The notes: generated by a model from the sequence alone, not told the origin. A stretch of 64,000 nucleotides of DNA from an uncultured Pseudoalteromonadaceae bacterium (GCA_964625615.1 CAZVDU010000005.1:2103-66102); one strand, 5' to 3'. Counted from the first letter of the stretch, positions 1 through 10,136 are shown. Program-made: numbers and translations.

Positions 1-320
1 GCAGAGGAATTAATACCGTTTTGTGATTGAACAGCCAAAACTCGAATACGCTGTAATGCCGTAGTGGTTTCTTGCAACGCACCTTCGATCGTCTGCGCTA
101 CTGAAATACCATCATTCGCATTTCTGACAGCCTGATCTAGGCCTTGGATCTGAGAAGTTAATCGATCTGATATCTGCAAGCCTGCAGCATCATCTCTAGC
201 ACTATTAATACGGAAACCAGACGACAATCGCTGGAACGAAACATCCAGCGCTTCACTGGAGTTGAATAAATTACGTGACGCATTCAACGACGACACGTTA
301 GTGTTGACGAATAAACCCAT
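1..320 (-). CDS. Flagellin, N-terminal part (runs off the window start; not in the ORF track)
   Basis: Manual translation from ATG at 320: [73 protein letters not shown]..., the flagellin N-terminal motif; GGAG RBS upstream. Confidence 0.96.
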   Translation of the reverse strand, partial: MGLFVNTNVSSLNASRNLFNSSEALDVSFQRLSSGFRINSARDDAAGLQISDRLTSQIQGLDQAVRNANDGISVAQTIEGALQETTTALQRIRVLAVQSQNGINSS

Positions 321-358
321 TTTTTTCTCCTAACTTGATATTTATTCCAATCGATCTT

Positions 359-415
359 TTATTATTATTAGGTGATCGTATTGGTGATCAGCATTGCGAT
401 TATTATTATTAGGTG
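359..415. repeat. 16-bp direct repeat TTATTATTATTAGGTG x2 in the flagellin 5' leader
   Basis: Copies at 359-374 and 400-415. Confidence 0.85.
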
Positions 416-475
416 CAACGTCTCATCGTTTGGGCCTGGTTTATTTTTATTTTTACTCAGTGCCTATGTGAAATG

Positions 476-502
476 TATCGTTCAAGTTAGTGTTTTACTT
501 TA
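476..502 (-). promoter_or_regulatory. sigma28 (FliA) promoter for the downstream flagellin
   Basis: TAAA-N15-GAACGATA on the minus strand vs consensus TAAA-N15-GCCGATAA. Confidence 0.7.
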
Positions 503-554
503 GAAATAAAATGAATTAAATTTTTTACCCTTAAAAATCATATAGTTAAAAAAC

Positions 555-581
555 AAAAAGCTGAGACAAACTCAGCTTTTT
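555..581 (-). terminator. Intrinsic terminator after flagellin 688..1512
   Basis: AAAAAGCTGAG-acaaa-CTCAGCTTTTT hairpin with T tracts on both strands. Confidence 0.85.
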
Positions 582-687
582 ATTAATAAGCAGAGAGCGT
601 AGTAAACGCTGACCTGCATGACTCACTTGACCTTCTACCTTACCTCCTGGCGTCATGATCCAAACAGATCAGGTCTAAAAGTGATTA

Positions 688-1512
688 TTATCCTAGAAGC
701 GATAAAGCCGCTTGTGGCGCCTGGTTAGCCTGACCTAAGATAGATAGACTCGCCTGCTGGACAATCTGGTTACGCGTTAACTCTGCCGTTTCAACAGCGA
801 AATCTGTATCACGAATCTGAGAACGTGCACCCGATACGTTTTCTGAGATATTACTCAAATTACGAATAGTAGACTGGAATCTATTTTGAAGTGCACCTAA
901 GTCTGCTCGTGTGGAACCGATAGTCGATATTGCAGTATCGATAGACGCTAAGGCCGCTGAAGCACCTGCCACGTCCGCTACAGTTAATGTACCGATAGAT
1001 AAACCAGAAGCACCAAAACCGCCAGAACGAGACAAATTAACACTGATATTCTGACCTGAGTTTGCACCTACCAAGAAAGTCGCAGAAAAACCGCCTCCCA
1101 GCAAGTTAACGCCTCCGAATTCAGTCGTTGATGCAACACGAGAAATTTCTGCTTGTAACTGCGTTACTTCAGCTTGCAAAGCAGTTCTGTCAGCAGACGA
1201 GTTGATACCATATTCTGATTGAACAGCTAAAACACGAATTCGTTGCAGTGAGTTAGTAACTTCACCTAGCGCGCCTTCAGCGGTTTGAACCAAGGAAATA
1301 GCATCATTGGCGTTACGGACGGCCTGATCTAAACCTTGAATTTGTGATGTTAAACGGTCAGAAATTTGTAAACCAGCAGCATCATCCGCAGCACGGTTGA
1401 TACGGAAACCAGAAGACAAACGCTCAAAAGACGTACCGAGCGCTTCGCTCGAATCGAACAGCTGACGCTGCGCATTTAATGAAGATACATTAGTATTGAC
1501 AAATAAAGACAT
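688..1512 (-). CDS. Flagellin (short, 274 aa)
   Basis: N-terminal [16 protein letters not shown] and C-terminal [11 protein letters not shown]...IRDTDFA...LSLLG flagellin motifs. Confidence 0.98.
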   Translation of the reverse strand: MSLFVNTNVSSLNAQRQLFDSSEALGTSFERLSSGFRINRAADDAAGLQISDRLTSQIQGLDQAVRNANDAISLVQTAEGALGEVTNSLQRIRVLAVQSEYGINSSADRTALQAEVTQLQAEISRVASTTEFGGVNLLGGGFSATFLVGANSGQNISVNLSRSGGFGASGLSIGTLTVADVAGASAALASIDTAISTIGSTRADLGALQNRFQSTIRNLSNISENVSGARSQIRDTDFAVETAELTRNQIVQQASLSILGQANQAPQAALSLLG

Positions 1513-1638
1513 TAGGTCTCTCCTACACTCTCAGTCCAGCGTCGGCTGGCACTTGATCTCACGATCAAAAGTTAAATAAACTTTAAGATACAGCGATTTA
1601 GTGTTCGTAAATTGCTGTAACTGGCTCTCTCAGTAACG

Positions 1639-1665
1639 TTATCGACGATGGTTTTAGATTCTGTA
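1639..1665 (-). promoter_or_regulatory. sigma28 promoter for flagellin 688..1512
   Basis: TACA-N15-GTCGATAA on the minus strand. Confidence 0.7.
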
Positions 1666-1693
1666 GGATTTATTTGCCATTTTTTTTGATAAA

Positions 1694-1711
1694 GCGGCAA
1701 GTTGTTGCCGC
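1694..1711. promoter_or_regulatory. GCGGCAA-N4-TTGCCGC palindrome (possible FlrC-type site or hairpin)
   Basis: Perfect inverted repeat containing CGGCAA, upstream of the flagellin promoter. Confidence 0.4.
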
Positions 1712-1852
1712 AATTAGGTTTTTACCGATCAAAAAATAGACTTTGGGGAGATCAAAATGCCTTTAATTTACACAAGATAGGATCGCACGTTAATTAATAA
1801 GAGGATCAAATACATCTACCCTTCATTGTCAGATTATTTAGATAGCTCGGTA

Positions 1853-2866
1853 TTACCGCTCTTCGAGGTAGATTTTTGTTCCTATACTAATATCATCAGC
1901 TTTGAGGTCAGGATTCCACGTTTGAAGCTGCGCGAGTGACACGTTATAGATTCTTGTGACACGATACAAAGTTTCACCTTTCATCAAAGTATGAAATTTG
2001 AACCCCTTGTCTACAGTTGGAGGTGTTGACACTGCCACTTCTTTCTTTTCTTCTTGAACGACTGGCGTAGTTACCTTTTTCTCTAGCACTAGCTGTTGCT
2101 TAGCAATTTCTTCGGCTGCAGTCTCAGCGTTTTGCTGACTTACATAATCATGATTGGGGAAAAGTGTCGCTAACATGTTACTCGCTTGCTCAGCTTTGTC
2201 ATCTATTGCTAATGCTTCGTAAGTCTTTATCTGTAACAGCAAACTCTCGGCGGTGACCTGTACTTTGGTATCATCGAAGCGCGTTAAATAGTCCAAAGCT
2301 GATTGAGAGTCGCCATTATTCAAGGCTAACTCCGCTAGTTTCAACAACGCTTTATCATTGTCTCCTGATTGATAATTAAGGCTTTGCTTATAAGCACCTT
2401 CAGCTTCTGTCCAGTATTCTTGTTGATAATAACAATCGGCCAATTCGAGCAACAAGCTCTTCTTAATGCGTTCACCTGCAACAGAGACAACCGACGTATA
2501 GTGACTAGTCGCCGAATCATACTCTCCTTTACGACACAAGTAGGTAACGAAATCTTGAGGAATTAAGCTCGGTGGCGAAAATCGCTTTGCTTGAAAAAAA
2601 GCAGCTTCTGCTTTCTCGTAATCCCCTAGCTGCTGATAGTAAAGCGCAAAGCCTAAATAAACTGCACCAGAACTAGGGTTTTCTGTCAGTGCTTTTTGTA
2701 AATTAGGTTCTGCTTTTGCGGAATTACCTAGTTGTAAATAAGCTAATGCAATCGACAAAGACGATGTCGCATTGCGAACGAGCTGCGTGTCTTTAGAAGC
2801 ATTATCAGGCTTAGATGAACAACCAGCCATCATGAGTATCAATACTAATGGTAAAATACTTTTCAC
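1853..2866 (-). CDS. PilW/PilF-like TPR lipoprotein with C-terminal LysM domain
   Basis: Lipobox MAGC; TPR segments (LALAYLQLG..A..NLQKAL, YLCRKGEYD); LysM HTLMKGETLYRV..YNV...WN. GTG at 2866 with GGAAGG RBS preferred over 2941. Confidence 0.8.
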   Translation of the reverse strand: MKSILPLVLILMMAGCSSKPDNASKDTQLVRNATSSLSIALAYLQLGNSAKAEPNLQKALTENPSSGAVYLGFALYYQQLGDYEKAEAAFFQAKRFSPPSLIPQDFVTYLCRKGEYDSATSHYTSVVSVAGERIKKSLLLELADCYYQQEYWTEAEGAYKQSLNYQSGDNDKALLKLAELALNNGDSQSALDYLTRFDDTKVQVTAESLLLQIKTYEALAIDDKAEQASNMLATLFPNHDYVSQQNAETAAEEIAKQQLVLEKKVTTPVVQEEKKEVAVSTPPTVDKGFKFHTLMKGETLYRVTRIYNVSLAQLQTWNPDLKADDISIGTKIYLEER

Positions 2867-3014
2867 AATATCAACCTTCCAAACATTCTTCTTCTTTTGA
2901 TAAACACTAACCTTCGAATAATCACTGGTCAATCTAATCATTATAAAATAACTGTAATAACATTAATATAAACAATAAGATAATAAGCACGAATAGGATT
3001 AGGTAGGATTTCGC

Positions 3015-3971
3015 TTGATTATTAACTCTGTAAAACCTTTATGGCATTCTGCTAAACATAACGCCTTTACTGATTTATGCTACTTTAAGCAGAAACTTCT
3101 CTGTTGTTTTCGTGAAGCAAGAGATCATATTAGTGGAGATGGAACCGTTCGCGTCTTAACAATAGATGAGCAACATAAACCTATTCACAAAGTGTCATTA
3201 AAGGTAAGCGGAGCAGACTTGCGTGATCCAAAATTGTCGATAACACACGATGGAAAGCTATTATTACTCGCCCACGCAAGGTTCAATGATAGAAATAATC
3301 AAACAAAGATAACTAAACCTTACTGTTGGTTCTCTATTGATGGGAACAGTTGGTCCTCTCCCAAAGCACTATCAATCCAAAATGAGTGGTTATGGCGATT
3401 ATCTTTTCATCAGGATTTTGCCTTGGGTTTCACTTACAATCGAGGATTAGAGAGGCTTAATCTCTACAAAGGCGACCCGTTAAGATCATTCCATTGCATC
3501 AAGAAGGATGCATTATCAAAACAATACCATGGCTTAGGCTATCCGAATGAGAGCGACATCATTTTCACCAGTGATAATACGGCATATGCTTTAGTCCGCA
3601 GAGACGCAGATACAGGAAGTGCACAATTAGGCCATGCAAAGCCGCCCTACACTCAGTGGAAATGGGCAGATCTAAAACACTACATCGGTGGCCCAGCCCT
3701 TATCAAATTGAATGACGAACATGCTATCGCTAGCGGCAGGCTATGGACAACTTCAGGTCCGAAAATGGCTATATACACGTTAAACCTAAAACAAGCAGCA
3801 TTGAAACCTGTTCTGATTTTACCGTCAGAGGGAGACAGTAGTTATCCAGGATTAGTACTACAGGAAAACAACCTACTCGTTAGCTATTACTCAAGTCATA
3901 TTGACAATAAGTCATCAGTTTATCTGGCTGAGGTTGATATCTCTAACCATTTAGCGACCATAGGCCTTTGA
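3015..3971 (+). CDS. Sialidase-like / BNR Asp-box beta-propeller protein
   Basis: HNAFTDL, FRE..H, DLRDPKL, Asp-box SIDGNSWS, GDSSYPG, YYSSH motifs; no clear signal peptide. Confidence 0.7.
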   Translation: MIINSVKPLWHSAKHNAFTDLCYFKQKLLCCFREARDHISGDGTVRVLTIDEQHKPIHKVSLKVSGADLRDPKLSITHDGKLLLLAHARFNDRNNQTKITKPYCWFSIDGNSWSSPKALSIQNEWLWRLSFHQDFALGFTYNRGLERLNLYKGDPLRSFHCIKKDALSKQYHGLGYPNESDIIFTSDNTAYALVRRDADTGSAQLGHAKPPYTQWKWADLKHYIGGPALIKLNDEHAIASGRLWTTSGPKMAIYTLNLKQAALKPVLILPSEGDSSYPGLVLQENNLLVSYYSSHIDNKSSVYLAEVDISNHLATIGL

Positions 3972-3984
3972 TACGATATAAGTG

Positions 3985-5214
3985 CTAAATGAAGTCGAAC
4001 AAACTTAATTGCGTAACACTTGCAAAGGTTGCTTGCGACGCTTCAAGCGCATTTTGCTGTTGCGAAAGTTCAGAGATAGCTTCCGCCAAATCAACATCTT
4101 GAATACTCGAACGTGCTTCGACAGTAGAAACTTCAAAATCCAGATTTGCTGACAATATAGAGTCAGCAACATTCAACCTGCCACCAATTGAGGAAGTAGC
4201 ATTCGCAAGCGCTTCACGACCGTTGTCTATGCCGACAATCACATCACTGAGCGCTTCTTGATAGGCACCATCGCCAATATTAGGATCATTTAAAACGTTG
4301 ATAAAGTCATTAATTGTTTGTGCTAAATTTCGTTTGACTGGTGGATCTAATGAGAAATCAACTGTATCACCTGCAACACCCGTGACATTGAACTCAATGC
4401 CATTAAACGTAAATGGTTGACCTGATGTAAAATCAACATTACCGAAGGATACACCGGTGCCTACATTAATGATGCTTACTTGATTTCCAGCACCATTGAT
4501 AGTGGCTTGAAAATCGTTATTGGCTGGAGTAACTGCATCAAAGTTTGTTTCGAAGAAGCGATCATAGGCTGCTTGTTGTTGCACAGATAAACCTGCACTG
4601 GCTGCTGTCGTCGCATCTAATGTGGTATTAAAACGTGCGAAAGCATTCTCGAAAACATCTCTCCCTGAATCTCCAGATGGCAAACGAATACTGTCAGACA
4701 ATTGAATTTCATTAACGGTATCATCACCTTGAAACTGGAATTCATTACCAACAGCACTCGGGTTAAAAATGAAAGCAGGCGATTGAGAGCTAGATCCTGC
4801 AAAGATAAATTCACCATCGGCATTTTGACTATTCGCTAAGTCAAAAATTTCATCGCGAATATTCTCCAATTCGATTCCAATAGCCGTCCTATCTTGCGCT
4901 TCTAAAATACCATTACCCGCTTGAATTGCTAGCTGCCTGGCCCGATTAACCGAATCATTAACATTTCTTAAGACGGCTTCTTCCTGCTCTAACGCATTCA
5001 CAAATAGATTGTTATTGCGTTGGAACTGTCGCAGCTGATCGATTTCTTCAGTCAACCTAATAACTTGCGCTGCACCAACTGGATCATCTGAAGGTGTTAA
5101 AATAGCTCTGCCGGTTGCAACATTCTGTTGAACCTCAGACAATCGCTCTTGGCTAGACAAAATATTAGCAATACTTCTATCAAAGAGTTGATTCGTAGAA
5201 ACACGTATAGTCAT
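3985..5214 (-). CDS. flgL: Flagellar hook-associated protein 3
   Basis: RVST..., PSDDPV, C-terminal LSLFDFI; follows flgK. Confidence 0.96.
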   Translation of the reverse strand: MTIRVSTNQLFDRSIANILSSQERLSEVQQNVATGRAILTPSDDPVGAAQVIRLTEEIDQLRQFQRNNNLFVNALEQEEAVLRNVNDSVNRARQLAIQAGNGILEAQDRTAIGIELENIRDEIFDLANSQNADGEFIFAGSSSQSPAFIFNPSAVGNEFQFQGDDTVNEIQLSDSIRLPSGDSGRDVFENAFARFNTTLDATTAASAGLSVQQQAAYDRFFETNFDAVTPANNDFQATINGAGNQVSIINVGTGVSFGNVDFTSGQPFTFNGIEFNVTGVAGDTVDFSLDPPVKRNLAQTINDFINVLNDPNIGDGAYQEALSDVIVGIDNGREALANATSSIGGRLNVADSILSANLDFEVSTVEARSSIQDVDLAEAISELSQQQNALEASQATFASVTQLSLFDFI

Positions 5215-7340
5215 TAGCCAGTTGCTCCAAGAATCGTATCGAATATACTCTGCGCTGTAGTTAGGATTCGAGCTGATGCAGAATAGGCTTGCTGAAAGCG
5301 AATTAAATTTGCAGCTTCTTCATCCAAGCTAACAGACGAAATTGAGTCGAATCTGTCTCTGGACTGAGCTTGTAGTGCCGAAGCTGCCTGGAGCTGAATA
5401 TCGGCCGATGATGTACTCTCACCAACATTACCAACAATAACCGAATACGCTTCGTTGAATGTAATTAAGTTTTGAGAGCCGCCAATATTATTGTTGAGTC
5501 TAAGCAGATCTTGGTTTTGCAAATCGGCTAAATTTAAACCATTCCTATTGTCATCAATACCATCCGTATTGAAATCGATGATAAATCTATCCCCGGCTCT
5601 AGGGTTACCTGTCAAGCTAAAGTCGAACCCTGGATAGTCATCAAGCGCAGCAAATGAAGCAGGAAAGGTGGCTTGCCCCAAAATATTAGTAAGGTCTGTA
5701 GCACCGGTCACACTCGCGATAACAGTGCCCGCACTGTCAAGTATGTCATAGGCATTTGCAGCAGTAAAAAGCACTTCTGCCGGTGCTCCAACACCGCCAG
5801 CACCTGCGGGAGATGCACCAGGTCCCTGAATTCCTCCAGCACCATCAAATGCAGAAGCCCCATTGTCAGCGAAAGTGTTATCTATTGTAGTATTAGTAAC
5901 TACCGTGCTGATGATTGATGCATCACCAAAGTTATTGTTGTCACGCTGCACTCTAATAGGCGAAGCCAATGCGATATCTTCAGGGCGTGAAATAGCTAGT
6001 TCAATTTGTGATACTATATCTTTTGTCGGTTGAAACAAAAACCTATCACCAACGGCATAGCTTGAACCATTAGCAAACTCAAACTCTAAGCCATCGATAA
6101 CCGGTACAAAAGTACCTGCTGCTGCATCTAGTCCTGTAAACGTATTAACAATAGCAGCACCATTAATGTCTGTCGCAGGTGTACCGTCAGGATTTAATGT
6201 TGCGACTTCTATATCGACTGTCGCAGGAGGGCCGGCCACTGTATTTGTAATTGTCACCTGATAATCCAAGCTCGATACATCACTAAATCCATCTGCTGCG
6301 AAACGTGCATTTATCGCTAACGTTGCTGAAGAATTGTCTTGGAAGTTTAACCCTTGGAATTCAGGTAAACGGAAAATATCACCACCTAATTGGCCATCAA
6401 AATCTAACCCTAATCGATTTGTGGCGTTAACTGCTCCAGCAAGTGAAACAGCGATTTGCCCTACATCTCGTTGTGCTTCAAAAAGTACGTCGTTTCTAAA
6501 CTCAAGTAACCCACCAATCTCGCCACCCGTTGTACCTTCCCGAATGGGAATAGAAAAATCAACATCACTGGCTTGCAATGATAAAGAAGGGTTATCAATA
6601 TCGGGATCACCGCTTAGTTGAAACAGGTTAAATGTCCCAGTTTGTAGCACAAGAGACTCTCCGGTACTCAAGCTAACAAAGGTTGTTCCATCACCTTCAA
6701 TACGTGTTTCAATCGATACGAGTTCAGATAACTCCAAAATGGCTTGATCTCTCGCATTAAGCAGTGCCCCAGGAGCTCCCGTACCATCGATACCTGCTGT
6801 TGTTCGTATTTCCTGATTTAAGGTTGAAATCGATTGAATGATAGAATTGGCTTCGTCGACGACACTGGTAATTTGCGAATTGATGTCGGCTTCTCTATCA
6901 CTCAAAAAACTTTCAATAGTTGATATTTGCCCTAATAAAGATTCAGACTGCCCGAGAACTAATTGGCGAGCAGCAATATTCGTTGGCTCATCCGCAGCGG
7001 TTTGTAGTGATTCAAAGAAACGACTCAATGAACCCGATATACTATTTGCTTCGCTAGCTAACACATCGTCAATAATGGATGAGCTTTCTGAAACAGCTTG
7101 AGACTCTGCCAAAAAACTGGTGTCTCTACGCAATTGGTCAAATGCAAATTGATCAAAGATTCTGGATGTAGTTCCACGGTCAACCACACCATCTATTTGT
7201 GTACCAAACTCTGTTCTTTCTCGAACAAAGCCTTCAGTATTTACATTGGCAATGTTATTACTGGTTGTATTCAGTAGTTGACTTTGCGCTCGTATACCAG
7301 CGCTTGCGATAGAAAATAAATCAGCGTTAACAACAGTCAC
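5214..7340 (-). CDS. flgK: Flagellar hook-associated protein 1
   Basis: TSNNIANVNTEG and VSLDEEAANLIRFQQAYSASAR motifs. Confidence 0.96.
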   Translation of the reverse strand: MTVVNADLFSIASAGIRAQSQLLNTTSNNIANVNTEGFVRERTEFGTQIDGVVDRGTTSRIFDQFAFDQLRRDTSFLAESQAVSESSSIIDDVLASEANSISGSLSRFFESLQTAADEPTNIAARQLVLGQSESLLGQISTIESFLSDREADINSQITSVVDEANSIIQSISTLNQEIRTTAGIDGTGAPGALLNARDQAILELSELVSIETRIEGDGTTFVSLSTGESLVLQTGTFNLFQLSGDPDIDNPSLSLQASDVDFSIPIREGTTGGEIGGLLEFRNDVLFEAQRDVGQIAVSLAGAVNATNRLGLDFDGQLGGDIFRLPEFQGLNFQDNSSATLAINARFAADGFSDVSSLDYQVTITNTVAGPPATVDIEVATLNPDGTPATDINGAAIVNTFTGLDAAAGTFVPVIDGLEFEFANGSSYAVGDRFLFQPTKDIVSQIELAISRPEDIALASPIRVQRDNNNFGDASIISTVVTNTTIDNTFADNGASAFDGAGGIQGPGASPAGAGGVGAPAEVLFTAANAYDILDSAGTVIASVTGATDLTNILGQATFPASFAALDDYPGFDFSLTGNPRAGDRFIIDFNTDGIDDNRNGLNLADLQNQDLLRLNNNIGGSQNLITFNEAYSVIVGNVGESTSSADIQLQAASALQAQSRDRFDSISSVSLDEEAANLIRFQQAYSASARILTTAQSIFDTILGATG

Positions 7341-7342
7341 AA

Positions 7343-8299
7343 TTACTCTCCACCAGTTTCATGGGATTGATCACTGAAATTGCGAAGCGTTTTACTATTA
7401 AGAACATCAATGACCTTATTAGCGTATTCAGGATCTGTTGCATAACCCGCCGCTTGAAGACTGTCGAAATAAGCTTTGCTGTCACCTGACTTTTGTACCG
7501 CATCTGAATATCGAGGGCTTTGCTGCACAAAGTTCACGTAGTCTTTCAATGACGCATCGAAGGACTGATAAGCTCTAAACTGCGCTTGTTCTTTTTGAGG
7601 AACACCGTCATTAAACTCTAGTGTTTCAACGAGCGCCTTATCCCCTTGCCAACGACTATCGGCTTTTATGCCGAACAAGTTATGTGAATTTTGTCCTTGA
7701 GCAGAGTGTATAATTTGTTGCCCCCACCCCGTTTCTACGGCTGCCTGAGCCACTAAAGCAAGGGGATCTAAACCAATTTCAGCGGCTGCTTTTTCAGCAC
7801 TAGGTAATAGTGCTGCGATGAATTCTTCTGGAGTTTCAAAAGCTGCAACCTTTTCCCCTTCTGCTGAATACTGATTTTGCACATTCTCTATATCTGCAGA
7901 TCGCGCCCTGTTAATCGAAGATAGATTCCCATCACTTCTTACAGTGCTTGCAGGCTGGAACCCGTCAACATTCTGTCCAAGCTGTTTAACGATAATGTCT
8001 GCTAACCCAAGCGAACCCGTGGAAGATAAATTTACAGCAAGCTGCTGGTCATACATTTCCCGGTAAAACTTAACTTGCTTGGAATTGAAAGGGCTATCTT
8101 CATCAGAGAAAGCATCTTCTGCTTTTCGCATTGATTTGAGCATCATCTGCAAAAAAATAGATTCGAACTGTTGAGCGGCCTCACGCAAAGCACTTTCTTC
8201 ACCTTTATGCGCAGCTTGTCTCAATGTATCTAGACTGCCAAGGTCATTAACATTACGCGCCTGTTCAAATTGTGCTTGGAGAAGGTTACTCGAATCCAT
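7343..8299 (-). CDS. flgJ: Flagellar rod cap / peptidoglycan hydrolase
   Basis: AQQFESIFLQMMLKSMR; muramidase AQAAVETGWG, NLFGIKA, GYATDP. Confidence 0.97.
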   Translation of the reverse strand: MDSSNLLQAQFEQARNVNDLGSLDTLRQAAHKGEESALREAAQQFESIFLQMMLKSMRKAEDAFSDEDSPFNSKQVKFYREMYDQQLAVNLSSTGSLGLADIIVKQLGQNVDGFQPASTVRSDGNLSSINRARSADIENVQNQYSAEGEKVAAFETPEEFIAALLPSAEKAAAEIGLDPLALVAQAAVETGWGQQIIHSAQGQNSHNLFGIKADSRWQGDKALVETLEFNDGVPQKEQAQFRAYQSFDASLKDYVNFVQQSPRYSDAVQKSGDSKAYFDSLQAAGYATDPEYANKVIDVLNSKTLRNFSDQSHETGGE

Positions 8300-8307
8300 T
8301 AAATCAC

Positions 8308-9426
8308 CTATATGATCACAAGTTCGCCACGCAAAGCACCAGCTTCACGAAGAGCTTCAAGAATCGCTAGCAGATCGCCTGGGGCTGCACCCACTTCGTT
8401 CACGGCTCTAACTAATTGATCAAGTGTCACACCAGGATCAAACTTGAATAAGCGCGTATCGTCCAGATTCACATCGATAACAGATTGCTGTGTCAAAACG
8501 GTTTCACCATCTGCAAGGGCATTCGGTTGACTTACTGCTTGATTCTCAGAAATAGTCACAGTCAGTCCGCCATGAGTGATTGCAGCAGGCATGAGCCTAA
8601 CATTCTGTCCGATAACAATCGTGCCCGTTCGACTATTCACCACAACACGCGCAGCACCTTCTGCTGGCGTAAAGTTAAAATTCTCCAAGGTTGCCAAAAA
8701 ACCAACTCTCTGTCCCGGCTCTCGTGGTGCCGAAACCCTAACTGAAGCAGCATCAATAGGCGTTGCTATGGTTTGCCCCTTATCAGGATCAGCACCAAAA
8801 TTTTGATTGATAACATCCGCTAATGCTTTCGCCGTAGAGAAGTCAGGTTGGTCCAAATTAAGTGTCAAATAATCACCAGTCATTAAACCACTGACAACTT
8901 CCTTCTCGACAATGGCACCATTGGCGATGCGACCTACGGTAGGCGTGTTAGAGATAATACGAGAGCCATCTTGTCCTTCGAAACCAAAGCCACTCACCAC
9001 AAGGCTTCCTTGCGCTATAGCATAAATACTGCCATCAAGCCCTTTCAATTGAGTCGATAGTAGAGTACCGCCTGACAAACTATCCGCTTGTCCTATAGAA
9101 GATACAGTGACATCAATTCGCTGACCGGGTTTTATAAAAGGCGGCAACTTCGCGTGAACAGCTACGGCTGCAACATTATTAATATTCACCAAAACGTTAG
9201 CTGGGACAACAATGCCAAAATTTGCTAATAATGTTCTGAATGTTTGTTGTGTGGCCAAACTTTGGGCTTCACCGGTACCTGGCAAACCTACAACCAAACC
9301 ATAGCCCACCAGTTGGTTATCACGTACACCCTGGACAGACACTAAATCTTTAATGCGCTGCTGCGCCAGAGTGCTTGTACTAAACAAGCTAAATAATGTG
9401 AAAAGCAATACCCAGTATCGATTCAT
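8308..9426 (-). CDS. flgI: Flagellar P-ring protein
   Basis: [22 protein letters not shown]; C-terminal [10 protein letters not shown]. Confidence 0.97.
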   Translation of the reverse strand: MNRYWVLLFTLFSLFSTSTLAQQRIKDLVSVQGVRDNQLVGYGLVVGLPGTGEAQSLATQQTFRTLLANFGIVVPANVLVNINNVAAVAVHAKLPPFIKPGQRIDVTVSSIGQADSLSGGTLLSTQLKGLDGSIYAIAQGSLVVSGFGFEGQDGSRIISNTPTVGRIANGAIVEKEVVSGLMTGDYLTLNLDQPDFSTAKALADVINQNFGADPDKGQTIATPIDAASVRVSAPREPGQRVGFLATLENFNFTPAEGAARVVVNSRTGTIVIGQNVRLMPAAITHGGLTVTISENQAVSQPNALADGETVLTQQSVIDVNLDDTRLFKFDPGVTLDQLVRAVNEVGAAPGDLLAILEALREAGALRGELVII

Positions 9427-9435
9427 TATCAAGTC

Positions 9436-10125
9436 CTAGAAAGGCCAGAGCGGTGAGGAGAAGAACTTCGATAGCCACCCTTCTCTCTGAGCTGAAGCAA
9501 AAGTGCCTGTACCACTGTATTGAATACGCGCATTGGCAATACGTGACGACTGGACTTGGTTTTGTGTGTTAACGTCTTGTGGTCGAACAATGCCTGACAG
9601 ACGAATGTACTCATCACCATTGTTAAGGGTTAACCATTTTTCACCTCGAACAACGAGGTTATTATTAGGTAATACACCCACTACAGTGACCGAAATGTTA
9701 CCCACTAAGCTATTGCTTTGGTTAGCTTCTGCATCACCTTCGAACTCCGACTCAGACTCTAGTTCAAACTGTAAGCCCGAATTCGCACCATTACCTACGC
9801 CAATCACCTGTCCTCCGAGACCTAAGATCGGATCGACTTCCACTTCAGACTCTCGACTGGTGCTAGTTGACGCTGATTTAGTGGCTGTGGTGTTTTCTTG
9901 CAAAACCACAGTGATAATGTCACCTACACGCGATGCACGAGGGTCTGCATACAAATCATTGGTCAGTCCAACTTGAAATAAGGACCCATCAGAAGATACT
10001 TTAGGCGTTGGTAACGCCGGAATAATTGGGGCATAAGATGGATCATCCGGTATAGGTTTTTGCGGTGACGTAGCTAAACAACCGTTTAAAAGAATACCTA
10101 AGATGAATACAGCGATATATTTCAT
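9436..10125 (-). CDS. flgH: Flagellar L-ring lipoprotein
   Basis: Lipobox LNGC; VGDIITVVLQE, GEKWLTLNNGDEYIRLSG. Confidence 0.97.
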   Translation of the reverse strand: MKYIAVFILGILLNGCLATSPQKPIPDDPSYAPIIPALPTPKVSSDGSLFQVGLTNDLYADPRASRVGDIITVVLQENTTATKSASTSTSRESEVEVDPILGLGGQVIGVGNGANSGLQFELESESEFEGDAEANQSNSLVGNISVTVVGVLPNNNLVVRGEKWLTLNNGDEYIRLSGIVRPQDVNTQNQVQSSRIANARIQYSGTGTFASAQREGWLSKFFSSPLWPF

Positions 10126-10136
10126 AAGACACCCGA

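Noticed and set aside
1201-1222. Flagellin QSEYG where the paralog has QSQNG
   Set aside because: A single-base difference from an Asn codon; polymorphism cannot be distinguished from sequencing error.
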